64,000 nucleotides of DNA, taken from positions 446,136 through 510,135 of the forward strand of contig JBAZKE010000001.1 in the NCBI GenBank assembly GCA_041650915.1, written 5' to 3'. The position numbers and the translations under genes were made by a program. Shown piece by piece: positions 54,644 to 64,000 of the stretch. Each line of letters starts with the position of its first letter. Position 1 is the first letter of the stretch. The DNA comes from Patescibacteria group bacterium (lineage in GTDB: Bacteria > Patescibacteriota > Patescibacteriia > UBA10025 > JAHIVO01). The notes beneath the pieces are model-generated. The model did not search any database. It worked only from the letters and a program-made list of their open reading frames with translations, and was not told where the DNA came from.

Positions 54644-55522
54644 ATGCTGAATAGACAGTGCTTAAAGAAAATTCTTCCGCCGCGCCCGAAGGACGTGCAC
54701 AAGAAAAAACTCGGACACGTGCTTTTGGTTGTGGGATCACGGCGCATGCCAGGCGCCGGACTTCTCACTATACAAGGTGCATTCCGGACGGGTATCGGCG
54801 GCATCACCGCCGCGTACCCGAAGTCGATACGGACCGAGTATGTGAAGCTCGTCGGCGAAGCATTCCACCTGAGCCTGCCAGAAACGAGGGAGGGAACGCT
54901 TGCGAGCTCCTCTTTCAGGCTGCTCCAAGATGAAGGTAAACGTGCTCACGCGATTGGCATCGGTCCGGGGCTCGGCACCCATCCGCAGTCGGACAAGGTC
55001 GTGCTTCGTGTCGTACGGAACTTTGGCGTCCCGATGGTCATTGACGCGAGCGGACTTAATGCAATCGGCATATCAGGAAAGGTACAGCCAATACTCTTAA
55101 GCAGGAAGTCAACCACGATTTTAACGCCTCATGAGGGTGAGATGGCCAAGCTCGCCGGAATGAGCAGCTCGGCAGTCCATGCGCAACGGAGGGCCGTTGC
55201 GGAGAAGTTTGCCCGCCGATGGAATGCAATCATTGTGCTAAAAGGTTATTGTACGGTCATTGCATCCCCTGACGGTCGTACCGTCATTAATACTACCGGG
55301 TGTCCGGGACTTGCAACGCCAGGGAGCGGCGACGTACTGACAGGCATCGCAACGACTTTACTCGCACAGCATCCCGAATGTGCCTTCGAATCGGCCTGCG
55401 TTGCCGCTTACGTCCACGGCCTTGCGGGCGATCTCGCCGAGAGGGAACTCGGGGAGCGCTCGGTAATTGCGTCCGATGTCCTGCGGTTTCTTCCGAAAGC
55501 CTTGACACGGGCGGCACGATAG
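54644..55522 (+). CDS. nnrD: NAD(P)H-hydrate dehydratase (YjeF C-terminal domain)
   Basis: HK..GHVLLVVGS..PGA, GPGLG, VIDASGL, LTPHEGE, ATPGSGDVLTG. Confidence 0.92.
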   Translation: MLNRQCLKKILPPRPKDVHKKKLGHVLLVVGSRRMPGAGLLTIQGAFRTGIGGITAAYPKSIRTEYVKLVGEAFHLSLPETREGTLASSSFRLLQDEGKRAHAIGIGPGLGTHPQSDKVVLRVVRNFGVPMVIDASGLNAIGISGKVQPILLSRKSTTILTPHEGEMAKLAGMSSSAVHAQRRAVAEKFARRWNAIIVLKGYCTVIASPDGRTVINTTGCPGLATPGSGDVLTGIATTLLAQHPECAFESACVAAYVHGLAGDLAERELGERSVIASDVLRFLPKALTRAAR

Positions 55523-55588
55523 CCTATAATGGCACACTTGCCGTTGGTGCGGTATACTATTGGTGGATCCGTGTAAGGAATATATTCT

Positions 55589-56176
55589 ATGCCAATTCCA
55601 GTTTTTGAGCAGCAGCCAGCTGAGACGCAGGGAGCTCCGGGAAAGCCTACAAAAGAGAAGGTTTCTGGGCTCGCCATTTTTTTTGCTGTGCTGCTCGGCA
55701 CCGTGCTCGTGTTCATGGGCGAGTTCCTTTTTCTGGATGTTAACCGCGTCTTCAACCCGTACTATGTAAGCTGTTTCGAAGAGGCGTCCTCTTCACTCTC
55801 GAATTTTTTTTCCCATGCGCCGTTTTTAGAATCTTGCGATGTACCGAACTACGAGCGGGCGCGGCTTATTTTGCACGCAGATGTGGCAGTGCCCCTCATA
55901 CTCGTTGGCCTCTTTGCCTACGTTATTATCCGTAAACGTGAGCTCAAGAGCCACCATAGGGCATTGTTTTTCGCCTATCTCGCTTGGATTGTCTGGATGG
56001 GCGGGCGGCTTCTTGCAGAGACGGAGTATTACTTCTTGAAGCATCATGCGCTCATCGGCAAGTACATCGTATTTGTTACCGTTGCGCTCATATTCTCCTG
56101 GATCGTAATTGAAATTCAAAGGCGTTTTATCAAAGGCAAGAAGCCTGACGAGCCGGCAGCACCAAAGTTTGAGTAG
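55589..56176 (+). CDS. hypothetical membrane protein
   Basis: 195 aa, four hydrophobic segments. Confidence 0.75.
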   Translation: MPIPVFEQQPAETQGAPGKPTKEKVSGLAIFFAVLLGTVLVFMGEFLFLDVNRVFNPYYVSCFEEASSSLSNFFSHAPFLESCDVPNYERARLILHADVAVPLILVGLFAYVIIRKRELKSHHRALFFAYLAWIVWMGGRLLAETEYYFLKHHALIGKYIVFVTVALIFSWIVIEIQRRFIKGKKPDEPAAPKFE

Positions 56177-56244
56177 CAGGTGGTCCGTACCAGGCTATTC
56201 ATTCCGTTTTGTTTAAGCCGTCCGTATGCTATACTACAGTTAGT

Positions 56245-56772
56245 ATGGCACGAATTGAAATTGTTCAAGGTGATATTTGCGAGCAGCGAACCGATGCGCT
56301 TGTCAATGCGGCAAACACCGAGCTCCTGCACGGCGGCGGCGTTGCTGCTGCGATCGTCCATGCCGGGGGCAGCGCGATACAGGAGGAATCAAATGCTATC
56401 GCCCCTATTCCGCTCGGTGAAGCTGCGGTAACGGGTGCGGGGAAGCTGAAGGTGAAGTTTATTATCCATGCCGCGACCATGGAGCTCGGCAGTTTGGCGT
56501 CGAGCCAGACCGTATCTGCAGCGCTCGAAAACAGCTTTAAGCGTGCGATTGAACTTGGCATCGCTTCGGTAGCACTGCCGGCGCTTGGAGCAGGAACGGG
56601 GGGGTTCCCGAAAGACGCCTGTGCGGAACTGAGTATAGCTGCAGCCCTTCGATTTGGCGGTACTCTCAGAAACATTGTATTTGTGTTACGCGATCCTGAA
56701 ACGTTCAAGCATTTTCAGGATGTGCATCGGGCAAAGGCAGGCAAGCCACTATCTAACAATAATCAAAAGTGA
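56245..56772 (+). CDS. macro-domain protein (ADP-ribose binding/hydrolase)
   Basis: GDI..DALVNAAN..HGGGVAAAI, PALGAGTGG. Confidence 0.92.
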   Translation: MARIEIVQGDICEQRTDALVNAANTELLHGGGVAAAIVHAGGSAIQEESNAIAPIPLGEAAVTGAGKLKVKFIIHAATMELGSLASSQTVSAALENSFKRAIELGIASVALPALGAGTGGFPKDACAELSIAAALRFGGTLRNIVFVLRDPETFKHFQDVHRAKAGKPLSNNNQK

Positions 56773-56776
56773 GACT

Positions 56777-57904
56777 ATGGTAGCTCGCAAGCAGTACTTT
56801 TATGCGCTGTCCATGTTCATTGGGACAATTATCGGCGTAGGTTTATTTGGAATTCCCTACGTCGGCGTGCAAGCTGGTTTTACGACACTTATCATTTTTT
56901 TCATCCTGATTGGCGGGCTTTCGATACTGATTAATTTTTACTACGGCGAAATTGCGTCAAAAACAAAGGGGCTCCACCGCCTGCCAGGCTATGCGGCGAT
57001 CTACATCGGCCCGAACGCGAAGAAAATTGCGTTCATTGTAAAAACATTTGCAATTTTTGGAGCACTGCTCGCGTACCTGATCGTCGGCGGGCAGTTTTTA
57101 GCAAGCCTATTCGGCGGTTCTGTGTACTTGTACACGTTTATTTTTTTCATTCTCGGTTCAATTTTAGTTTGGCGCGACCAACGTTCGATCGGCCCGGTTG
57201 AACTGGTCATGCTCCTCGTATTCATGGTCATCATCGTGTTCCTGTTTTTTTCTGGCCTTCCGCATATCGACTTTTCGAACTTATCGGGCGTGCATATGGA
57301 AAACTTTTTTGCCCCGTACGGCGTCCTGCTTTTTTCCCTCTGGGGCACGTCAATCATCCCGGAAGTGAAGGAAACGCTTAAGGGTGATCTCAGGCAAATA
57401 CGGAAGGCCATCATCTGGGGCAGCATCACCTGCTTGGTTGTCTACTTTTTATTCAGCTTGCTTATCATCGGTATTTCCGGCGATGCGACCAGCGAAAATG
57501 CACTTTCGGGTCTTGAAAATCATCTTGGTGATTGGGTTATCACTGTGGGATACATTTTCGGCATTATTACAACCTTCACCTCATTCATAACGCTTGGCCT
57601 CACGGTGAAAAAAATTTTTTGGTACGACTATTCCATGCCGAAGCGCATCGGGTGGGCGCTTGCGTGCTTCATACCGCTTATCATGTTCATTATTGGCTTG
57701 AGGGATTTTATTTCTGTTATCAGTTTAACAGGCGCTGTTATGCTCGGCATTGACGGGATTCTCGTTACGATTATTTTTTTGAAGCTGAAAAAGAAGGAAA
57801 AGTCGCACCATTACGCTGCTTGGAAGGGGCTGAATACGGTCATCGTGCCGCTTCTCGTGCTCGGAATCGTGCTTGAATTTTTATATTTCTTTAAAGTCCT
57901 GTAG
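56777..57904 (+). CDS. aromatic amino acid permease (Mtr/TyrP-like)
   Basis: GTIIGVGLFGIPY, ~11 TM segments, TFTSFITLG. Confidence 0.85.
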   Translation: MVARKQYFYALSMFIGTIIGVGLFGIPYVGVQAGFTTLIIFFILIGGLSILINFYYGEIASKTKGLHRLPGYAAIYIGPNAKKIAFIVKTFAIFGALLAYLIVGGQFLASLFGGSVYLYTFIFFILGSILVWRDQRSIGPVELVMLLVFMVIIVFLFFSGLPHIDFSNLSGVHMENFFAPYGVLLFSLWGTSIIPEVKETLKGDLRQIRKAIIWGSITCLVVYFLFSLLIIGISGDATSENALSGLENHLGDWVITVGYIFGIITTFTSFITLGLTVKKIFWYDYSMPKRIGWALACFIPLIMFIIGLRDFISVISLTGAVMLGIDGILVTIIFLKLKKKEKSHHYAAWKGLNTVIVPLLVLGIVLEFLYFFKVL

Positions 57905-57906
57905 CA

Positions 57907-59355
57907 ATGAAAACCATACGCGTACGTTTTGCCCCGTCGCCGACTGGGATGCTGCACATCGGCGGCTTACGCACAGCGCTGTTCAACTGGCTCTGGGCGC
58001 GCAAGAATGGCGGCCAGTTTATTCTGCGCATCGAAGATACTGACCGCGAACGCACCGTGAAAGGTGCGGTTGAGAATATTATCGAAGCGCTTGAATGGTA
58101 CGGCCTCTCGATTGATGAGGGCCCTATTTTCCAATCTGAAAGGAAAGCGTTGTACACACAGTACGTTGATCGGTTACTCGGGCAGGGGAGCGCATACCGC
58201 TGCTTTTGTACCGCCGAGCGGCTCGCTGAGGTACGGAAAATCCACGAAGTCAATAACAAGGCGACGAAGTATGATGGGTTATGCAGGTCATTGAGCGAAG
58301 AGGAGGTTCAGAAGAAGGTTAATGCAGGCGAGCCGTATGTTGTCCGCCTGAAGGTGCCGCATGATGGGGTTACGTCATTTGATGACCACATTTACGGAAA
58401 GGTGTCGGTTGAGAATTCAAATGTCGATGACCAGGTTTTGCTGAAGTCGGACGGCTTCCCTACATACCACCTTGCGAATGTGGTTGACGATCACGAGATG
58501 AAAATTTCGCATGTAATCCGCGCCGAGGAATGGCTGCCTTCCACGCCTAAACATATTTTATTGTATAAAGCGTTTGGATGGGATTTGCCCGACTTCGCGC
58601 ATATACCGATGGTGCTTGGGCCTGACAAGGCGAAGCTCTCCAAACGGCATGGCGCCAAACCTGCGCTCGAGTACCGGGACGCGGGCTACCTAGCTGAAGC
58701 CGTCATTAATTTCATTGCACTCCTGGGGTGGAATCCGAAGACCGAACAAGAATTTTTTTCACTCAATGAGCTCATCCGGGAATTTGACTTGAAGAAGATC
58801 AATAAAGCGAGTGCGGTATTTAATATTGAGAAGTTGAATTGGATGAACAGCCGGTATATCAATCAGGAGAGCAGTGGCTCCGCGGAAAAGTTAGCGGATA
58901 GAATCAACACATTTTTTGCCGGTGCAGACGGTTCTGAAAAGTACAGCAAAAAGGAGATTATGAAAATTTTACCTGCTGCTGCGTCCCGAATGACAACATT
59001 GGCCGACTTTGAAGAGGAGGCGCGCTATATAACTGATATGTCCATACGGTATGATCCGTCGCTGCTTATTCCAAAAAAAGGCGATAAAGGAGAATCAATG
59101 CGTGCGCTTGAGTCCGCGCAGGCTTTGCTCGAGAGTGTAGCAGAACAGGAGTTTACGCAAAAGCATCTGGAAGGGGCATTTACCGGGCTCATCGCGCAGG
59201 AACACTTTACCAACAATACGATGCTATGGCCCGTGCGCGTAGCCCTCACAAAACGGGCTCAGAGCCCCGGGGTTTTTGAGTACCTTGAGATACTCGGGAA
59301 GGAAGAATCAATCAGGCGCGTTAAGAGCGCCCTGCAAAGCTTGCAAAAAAAGTAG
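57907..59355 (+). CDS. gltX: glutamate--tRNA ligase
   Basis: RFAPSPTG.LHIGG, LRIEDTD, KLSKRHG. Confidence 0.97.
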   Translation: MKTIRVRFAPSPTGMLHIGGLRTALFNWLWARKNGGQFILRIEDTDRERTVKGAVENIIEALEWYGLSIDEGPIFQSERKALYTQYVDRLLGQGSAYRCFCTAERLAEVRKIHEVNNKATKYDGLCRSLSEEEVQKKVNAGEPYVVRLKVPHDGVTSFDDHIYGKVSVENSNVDDQVLLKSDGFPTYHLANVVDDHEMKISHVIRAEEWLPSTPKHILLYKAFGWDLPDFAHIPMVLGPDKAKLSKRHGAKPALEYRDAGYLAEAVINFIALLGWNPKTEQEFFSLNELIREFDLKKINKASAVFNIEKLNWMNSRYINQESSGSAEKLADRINTFFAGADGSEKYSKKEIMKILPAAASRMTTLADFEEEARYITDMSIRYDPSLLIPKKGDKGESMRALESAQALLESVAEQEFTQKHLEGAFTGLIAQEHFTNNTMLWPVRVALTKRAQSPGVFEYLEILGKEESIRRVKSALQSLQKK

Positions 59356-59403
59356 GTTTGTGCTAAGATACGCTTGCTTTGCGATGTGGGCTTACTGAAC
59401 ACT

Positions 59404-60789
59404 ATGCACGTATACGTAAACAAAAATAAAAAACAGGCGTTGATGATCTTCATGGGTCTGTGCCTGGGTGCCGGCCTTTTTTTGATTTACCCGATATACC
59501 TCTCTGCGCAGGAAACAAACACGAATACGGCCGCAAATACAAACACCGGCGCCACTGCTGAAAACGATACGGCTGCGACGGATCCCGCAGATAGTGCGAG
59601 TGCGACCGGAGACGATGCAAGCCTTTCGAATTTTACCTGGGAAGAAGGTTCAGATGATGAGGAAACGATCCGTGAACTGACAGCGGAACTTGACGCTAAG
59701 CGTGCGGCGATTGAGGAACTTAAAAAGAAAACGGAGGTTTATGAGGAGAATATAAAGGTAAAGCAGCAGGAGGCGATAACACTTAACGGACAGATGGCCA
59801 TTCTGGATTTGCAGATTTCGCAGACTGAGGTTGATATCGAGAAGGTTCGGGAAGAGATCGATTCAGTCGGCATTGAGATTGAGCGCCTCGAGCTGGAAGT
59901 AGCACAGAAGTTCAATGAGCTCACTGAGCAGCAGGATGTACTCGCGGCCTACATCCGTCTTATCAACAAGTACGATGAAAAAACATACCTCGAGCTGTTT
60001 ATTTCGAATAAGTCGTTTTCAGATTTTTTTGACCAGCTTGAGTACGCGCAGACCATCGAGAGCAGCGTTGAAGATGCGCTCATCGGTATCCGGGACATGA
60101 AGGAGAGCCTCGAGCAGCAGAAATCCGTGCAGGAAGATAAGCGCACCGAGCTTAATGATTTGACCGTCAAGCTCGCGGCAAGCATCGAAGGTTTCAACAA
60201 TCAAAAAGTTTATAAGGAGGCGCTGCTCGAGGAAACGAAAGAATCGGAAGACAAGTTTGAAGCGCTGCTCGAGGAAGCACGGCGTGAGCACGAAGCGGCT
60301 GCAGCGGAGATTTCATCGCTAGAAACTAAAGCACGTGAGCGGCTCGAGGAAGAGGGGGTTGACCTGGATATTGATGCCACGCTCATGTGGCCTATCAATC
60401 CGCTTAAAGGCATATCCGCGTACTTCTACGATCCGACTTATCCTTTCCGCAAGTATTTCGAGCATCCAGCGATCGACCTGCCGACTGCGCAGGGCACCCC
60501 AGTCCGTGCAGCGGAGAACGGGTATGTCGTCAGAGCAAAGAATGCAGGGCTCGGGTACAGCTATGTCATGCTTGTCCATTCGAATGAACTGTCCACCGTA
60601 TACGGCCACCTTTCGAGTATTGACGTCGCGGAAGATGAATATGTCGTTCGGGGCCAGCAAATCGGCCTATCGGGCGGCCTGCCAGGGACTCCTGGCGCTG
60701 GAAGGCTTTCTACAGGCGCACATTTGCATTTTGAGGTGCGTTCCGACGGTATTCCGGTAAATCCCCTGGATTACCTCCCTGGGCTGTAA
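59404..60789 (+). CDS. coiled-coil plus M23 peptidase (EnvC/CwlO-like murein hydrolase or activator)
   Basis: long coiled coil; HPAID, YGHLS, STGAHLHFEVR. Confidence 0.9.
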   Translation: MHVYVNKNKKQALMIFMGLCLGAGLFLIYPIYLSAQETNTNTAANTNTGATAENDTAATDPADSASATGDDASLSNFTWEEGSDDEETIRELTAELDAKRAAIEELKKKTEVYEENIKVKQQEAITLNGQMAILDLQISQTEVDIEKVREEIDSVGIEIERLELEVAQKFNELTEQQDVLAAYIRLINKYDEKTYLELFISNKSFSDFFDQLEYAQTIESSVEDALIGIRDMKESLEQQKSVQEDKRTELNDLTVKLAASIEGFNNQKVYKEALLEETKESEDKFEALLEEARREHEAAAAEISSLETKARERLEEEGVDLDIDATLMWPINPLKGISAYFYDPTYPFRKYFEHPAIDLPTAQGTPVRAAENGYVVRAKNAGLGYSYVMLVHSNELSTVYGHLSSIDVAEDEYVVRGQQIGLSGGLPGTPGAGRLSTGAHLHFEVRSDGIPVNPLDYLPGL

Positions 60790-60841
60790 AAAACGTAAAA
60801 ATAAGCCTCAGTTTTAGCTTCAGTGGCATAATTATGCCAAC

Positions 60842-61636
60842 CTAAGCGCTTTTTTGTTTAATGTATGTTTTTGCAATGTCAACGAGTTCACTGTGCACGT
60901 GGCCGTTACTCACGATCCATCCGTTTACCCTGCGGTCGTAGCGCTGTTCTTTCCCAAAGAGATCTGTGGCTTTTCCGCCCGCCTCCTCAACGATGATTTT
61001 TTGTGCAGCCACGTCCCAGGGGTTCTTGCCCGGCCAGATGTTTGCGGAAAGCTCACCAGCTGCAACAAGCATTCCTGGATAGGTCGTGCATGCATGGCAG
61101 AGAACAAAAGCGCCGCGTTCCGCGAGTTGGTCATTGAATGACCGTATATCGTAGGCCGCGTTCTTCCAAATAGTTGTTCCAATTGCCGTTTGCCGAAGGC
61201 TGCGCGCACTGGAAACACATACGGATTTGCCATTGCACGTTGCACCACGATTTTTTTCCGCAAAGAACAGCCTCTTGAGAAATGGATCATAGAGCACACC
61301 GAGCGTTGGACGCCCGTCTTGCACGAGTGCCAAACTAAACGTGCACGTCGGAATGCCGTGTGAAAAGGGGATAGTTCCGTCAATCGGATCGCAAATCCAG
61401 AGGTCAGAAGCCTTCTCATTGAACATATCGCCTTCTTCACCCAGGAAGCCGTGCTTCGGAAAATTCTTTTGAACCCACTCTGAGACCATCTGGTTGATTT
61501 CTTTGTCTGCGGCGGTGACGGGAGACGAATCGCGCTTCCACTCTTTTTTGATTCCCATCCCGAAAACGCGGACCATAATTTTTCCCGCATTCCGTGCAAG
61601 CTCATGTACGAGGGCTGCAGTCGTTTTGATCGTCAT
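60842..61636 (-). CDS. inositol monophosphatase family protein
   Basis: VTAAD, GEE, WICDPIDGT, PWDVAA. Confidence 0.92.
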   Translation of the reverse strand: MTIKTTAALVHELARNAGKIMVRVFGMGIKKEWKRDSSPVTAADKEINQMVSEWVQKNFPKHGFLGEEGDMFNEKASDLWICDPIDGTIPFSHGIPTCTFSLALVQDGRPTLGVLYDPFLKRLFFAEKNRGATCNGKSVCVSSARSLRQTAIGTTIWKNAAYDIRSFNDQLAERGAFVLCHACTTYPGMLVAAGELSANIWPGKNPWDVAAQKIIVEEAGGKATDLFGKEQRYDRRVNGWIVSNGHVHSELVDIAKTYIKQKSA

Positions 61637-61658
61637 CGACGCGTATTTCGAATTATTG

Positions 61659-63158
61659 CTACTGTTGCTCCCAGGTGATAACACGGTATTGGTCCGTTGT
61701 CGGAAAATACGGCGGCGGCGCAAAGTAGAATTCGTCGTCGTAAATTAAATCACGATCGCAATATCCGGATGCAGTGGTGTGGCCGTCGGGGCACGTGTAG
61801 TTCGTGCCGACGTATGCAAATCCATACCGGTCATTTGATGCGATTGCGCCATAATTGGTAAATGCATCCCTCGTATAGTTCTGGTTGCAGTTTGCCGGGC
61901 TAAAGGTGCCGCTGCTCTGGGGGTAGTACGGCCTGCCTGCTGTGCCATTTTGTGCAATGAGCGCTGCATCTACCCGTAAATCGTCTTCACTATAGAACCC
62001 AGCGTAGATGTTTTCCTGGGCAATCAACCCGATGGCGTCGGTACCGTCGTAAGTTGTATAGAGCACATCGTCCGTTATCAAAACATTGGCACTCCCCGTG
62101 CTGTACGGCTCTTCCGCAGCGATAACGGTAACACGCTGGCCATCGACTTGGCCATCGACCCAGACGTGGTCTTCGATAAATATCAAACCGTTGCTCGGCA
62201 TGTTCAAACCGACGGAATCTGCTCCTTCATAGATAAAACTCTCCTCGGTGCCGATAGACCATAAATTGGTGCTGGTGTAATTTACCCACCAAAACCATAC
62301 GCGCTTGAGGCAGGTAGCTTGGCTCGTGACGCGGTAGATGTCAACGGTATCGTTCGTATTAAAATGCACGTGGTACCCTTCATCCCCCGAATCGGTAAGG
62401 TAGATGCCGCTTGTGTCCGCCTCTGATGCGATTTCGTTCAAATTGCCGGTCATGCCCGCGAAGTTCACGTTGCCGGCATCGACTTCACGGCCGACCTCAA
62501 ATACGTCTGTTCTCGTCGGCCATGGCGTGGGCGGGGTTGGATCCGGCGGAGCAAGACAAGTGTGCACAGCCCATTCGTTGCCCGAAGTGCAGTCATCTGA
62601 GTCGGGGTCATCGTACGATATTTCAGTGCTGCTGACGACGTTGTGTGCAAGCCCGTCGAACCGTAAGCCGAAGTTGGAGTGGATTGGCCCAAATACTTCC
62701 GTGCCTTCGCCAAAGCGCATGTTGTCATTCGCCACAACAGCAAAGTTTGTGACTGAAGGGCGCCCGAGGACGACATTAACTGTTTTTAGTACGTTGGGTT
62801 TCAAATCCGTGCTGCCGGTTGAGGCGATTGCAACGACCGTTGATCCTGATCGCGGAGCTGTGATATCGAGGGTAAACTGCCCGAACGAATTGCCGTCAGC
62901 GTCCGTGTAGTCATGCACGTAGGGGCCCAGAGCGCCGGTCCCATCTTGAAAATCTTTTTGTGCGTGCGCAAGGTGCCAACGGTAGTATTCGACGCCTGCT
63001 TCCGCGAGTTGAAATGACATCTCCCGGAATTTTTCGTGGTTTGTCAGTTTATTCTGGCTGATGACGTATGTTAAACCCGCCGTACCGAGGCTGGTAAACA
63101 GAGTAATCGTTATGAGCAGGGGGATGTAGATATTACCGTGCAGGCTTTTAATTTTCAT
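61659..63158 (-). CDS. PilX-like minor pilin / pilus assembly protein
   Basis: G-N-I-Y-I-P hydrophobic N-terminus, AEAGVEY, C-terminal PPYFP..WE. Confidence 0.75.
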   Translation of the reverse strand: MKIKSLHGNIYIPLLITITLFTSLGTAGLTYVISQNKLTNHEKFREMSFQLAEAGVEYYRWHLAHAQKDFQDGTGALGPYVHDYTDADGNSFGQFTLDITAPRSGSTVVAIASTGSTDLKPNVLKTVNVVLGRPSVTNFAVVANDNMRFGEGTEVFGPIHSNFGLRFDGLAHNVVSSTEISYDDPDSDDCTSGNEWAVHTCLAPPDPTPPTPWPTRTDVFEVGREVDAGNVNFAGMTGNLNEIASEADTSGIYLTDSGDEGYHVHFNTNDTVDIYRVTSQATCLKRVWFWWVNYTSTNLWSIGTEESFIYEGADSVGLNMPSNGLIFIEDHVWVDGQVDGQRVTVIAAEEPYSTGSANVLITDDVLYTTYDGTDAIGLIAQENIYAGFYSEDDLRVDAALIAQNGTAGRPYYPQSSGTFSPANCNQNYTRDAFTNYGAIASNDRYGFAYVGTNYTCPDGHTTASGYCDRDLIYDDEFYFAPPPYFPTTDQYRVITWEQQ

Positions 63159-63765
63159 ACTTATACTTAAGATTCCGCAAAGAGACATTTGTTTCAACTT
63201 CGAGCGGCGTCGGAGTCCTTACCGGATCATAGTCAACGATCAGCTTCACTTGTACGAGGCTGATTTCATTCAAATCGAACGGATCTGAGAGCGGGTCAGT
63301 CTCGCCATTGTATGACGCGTCAAAGTATCTGAAGAGGTAGTCGGCATTGAGAATATTTTCGGCAACCGTCGTTCTGTCATCAATCGTAAAGTCGGGGTAG
63401 AGCGGAGGAACGCTGCCATCGGACTCATTTTCCCAGCGGTACAGCGTGCCATCGGCAAGTTCATACTTTATTTTTTCCCGGTTTGGGTCGCTGTCGACGT
63501 TGGCAAAAAAGGTCAGTGCAAAATCAGATGCTGATTCGATGGGATAGGAGCCATTGTCCGAAAGTATCGCTTCACGGATTTCATCGACCATCCCGCGGAA
63601 TGCTGCCCGGATATTGTCTTGTGCAGCGACATGGTCCCTGGTGACGGTCCACAGTTTCATGCCCTGGTATGAATAGGTACCAATGCCGACTCCAATAATC
63701 GCGAGCAGTGATACCACAACCATTATTTCCATGAGCGTGAAACCTTTTTTGTGGGGGATTGTCAT
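63148..63765 (-). CDS. prepilin-type N-terminal cleavage/methylation protein
   Basis: KKGFTLMEIMVV class III signal; C-terminal LRN. Confidence 0.9.
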   Translation of the reverse strand: MTIPHKKGFTLMEIMVVVSLLAIIGVGIGTYSYQGMKLWTVTRDHVAAQDNIRAAFRGMVDEIREAILSDNGSYPIESASDFALTFFANVDSDPNREKIKYELADGTLYRWENESDGSVPPLYPDFTIDDRTTVAENILNADYLFRYFDASYNGETDPLSDPFDLNEISLVQVKLIVDYDPVRTPTPLEVETNVSLRNLKYKYEN

Positions 63766-64000
63766 TAGATAGTGGGGGTTAGAAGCACTTCTTCGGTCGT
63801 ATAACCGCTAACGCTGACGGATACATTTGAATCTTCGTAGCCGTCCATTGTCACTTCAATGACGTGGTCTTCAGCTGCCATGCCGTCGAAGTAGGCCTGG
63901 CCAGGCGGCAAGCACTCTAACGTATAGCCGATCCGTACATTGGTCAGTACCGGCGTATAGTAGATGTCATCCGTGGACAGGTAGAGTTTGTAGCGGATGT
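63765..64000 (-). CDS. partial CDS (C-terminus) of a pilus-locus protein
   Basis: open frame IRYKLYLSTDD...CLPPGQAYFDG...LLTPTI ends in TAA overlapping the next ATG; truncated by the window edge. Confidence 0.7.
   Translation of the reverse strand, partial: IRYKLYLSTDDIYYTPVLTNVRIGYTLECLPPGQAYFDGMAAEDHVIEVTMDGYEDSNVSVSVSGYTTEEVLLTPTI

Overview
A ~52% GC (eye estimate) bacterial chromosomal segment using genetic code 11. The gene content suggests Patescibacteria/CPR (inference): PriA without helicase motifs, CPR-style pilin/PilX genes, Ig/Cys-rich surface proteins and few Shine-Dalgarno sites. The core genes cover envelope and division (ftsEX, FtsB-like, PrsA/SurA, RlpA-DacA fusion, M23 peptidase, MacB-type ABC systems), translation and tRNA (fmt, def, gltX, rlmH, queH, yhhQ, three tRNAs), DNA repair (nth, priA, dinB, SRAP), an AmmeMemoRadiSam cluster and a stand-alone trpB. 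No transposase, integrase, reverse transcriptase or CRISPR array was seen. The most unusual signals are non-coding. (1) Three leader-peptide/attenuator modules are packed into 31.9-32.8 kb in front of tiny Cys-containing ORFs rather than amino-acid biosynthesis genes. (2) A fourth attenuator with a single Trp codon precedes trpB. (3) A SigW-like ECF promoter motif occurs four times and defines a putative envelope-stress regulon. (4) There is a ~176-nt rod-shaped RNA candidate, possibly 6S-like. (5) A palindromic operator and tandem repeat precede the dinB cassette. (6) Several genes appear leaderless. All product calls come from motifs recognised by eye; no database search or folding program was run.
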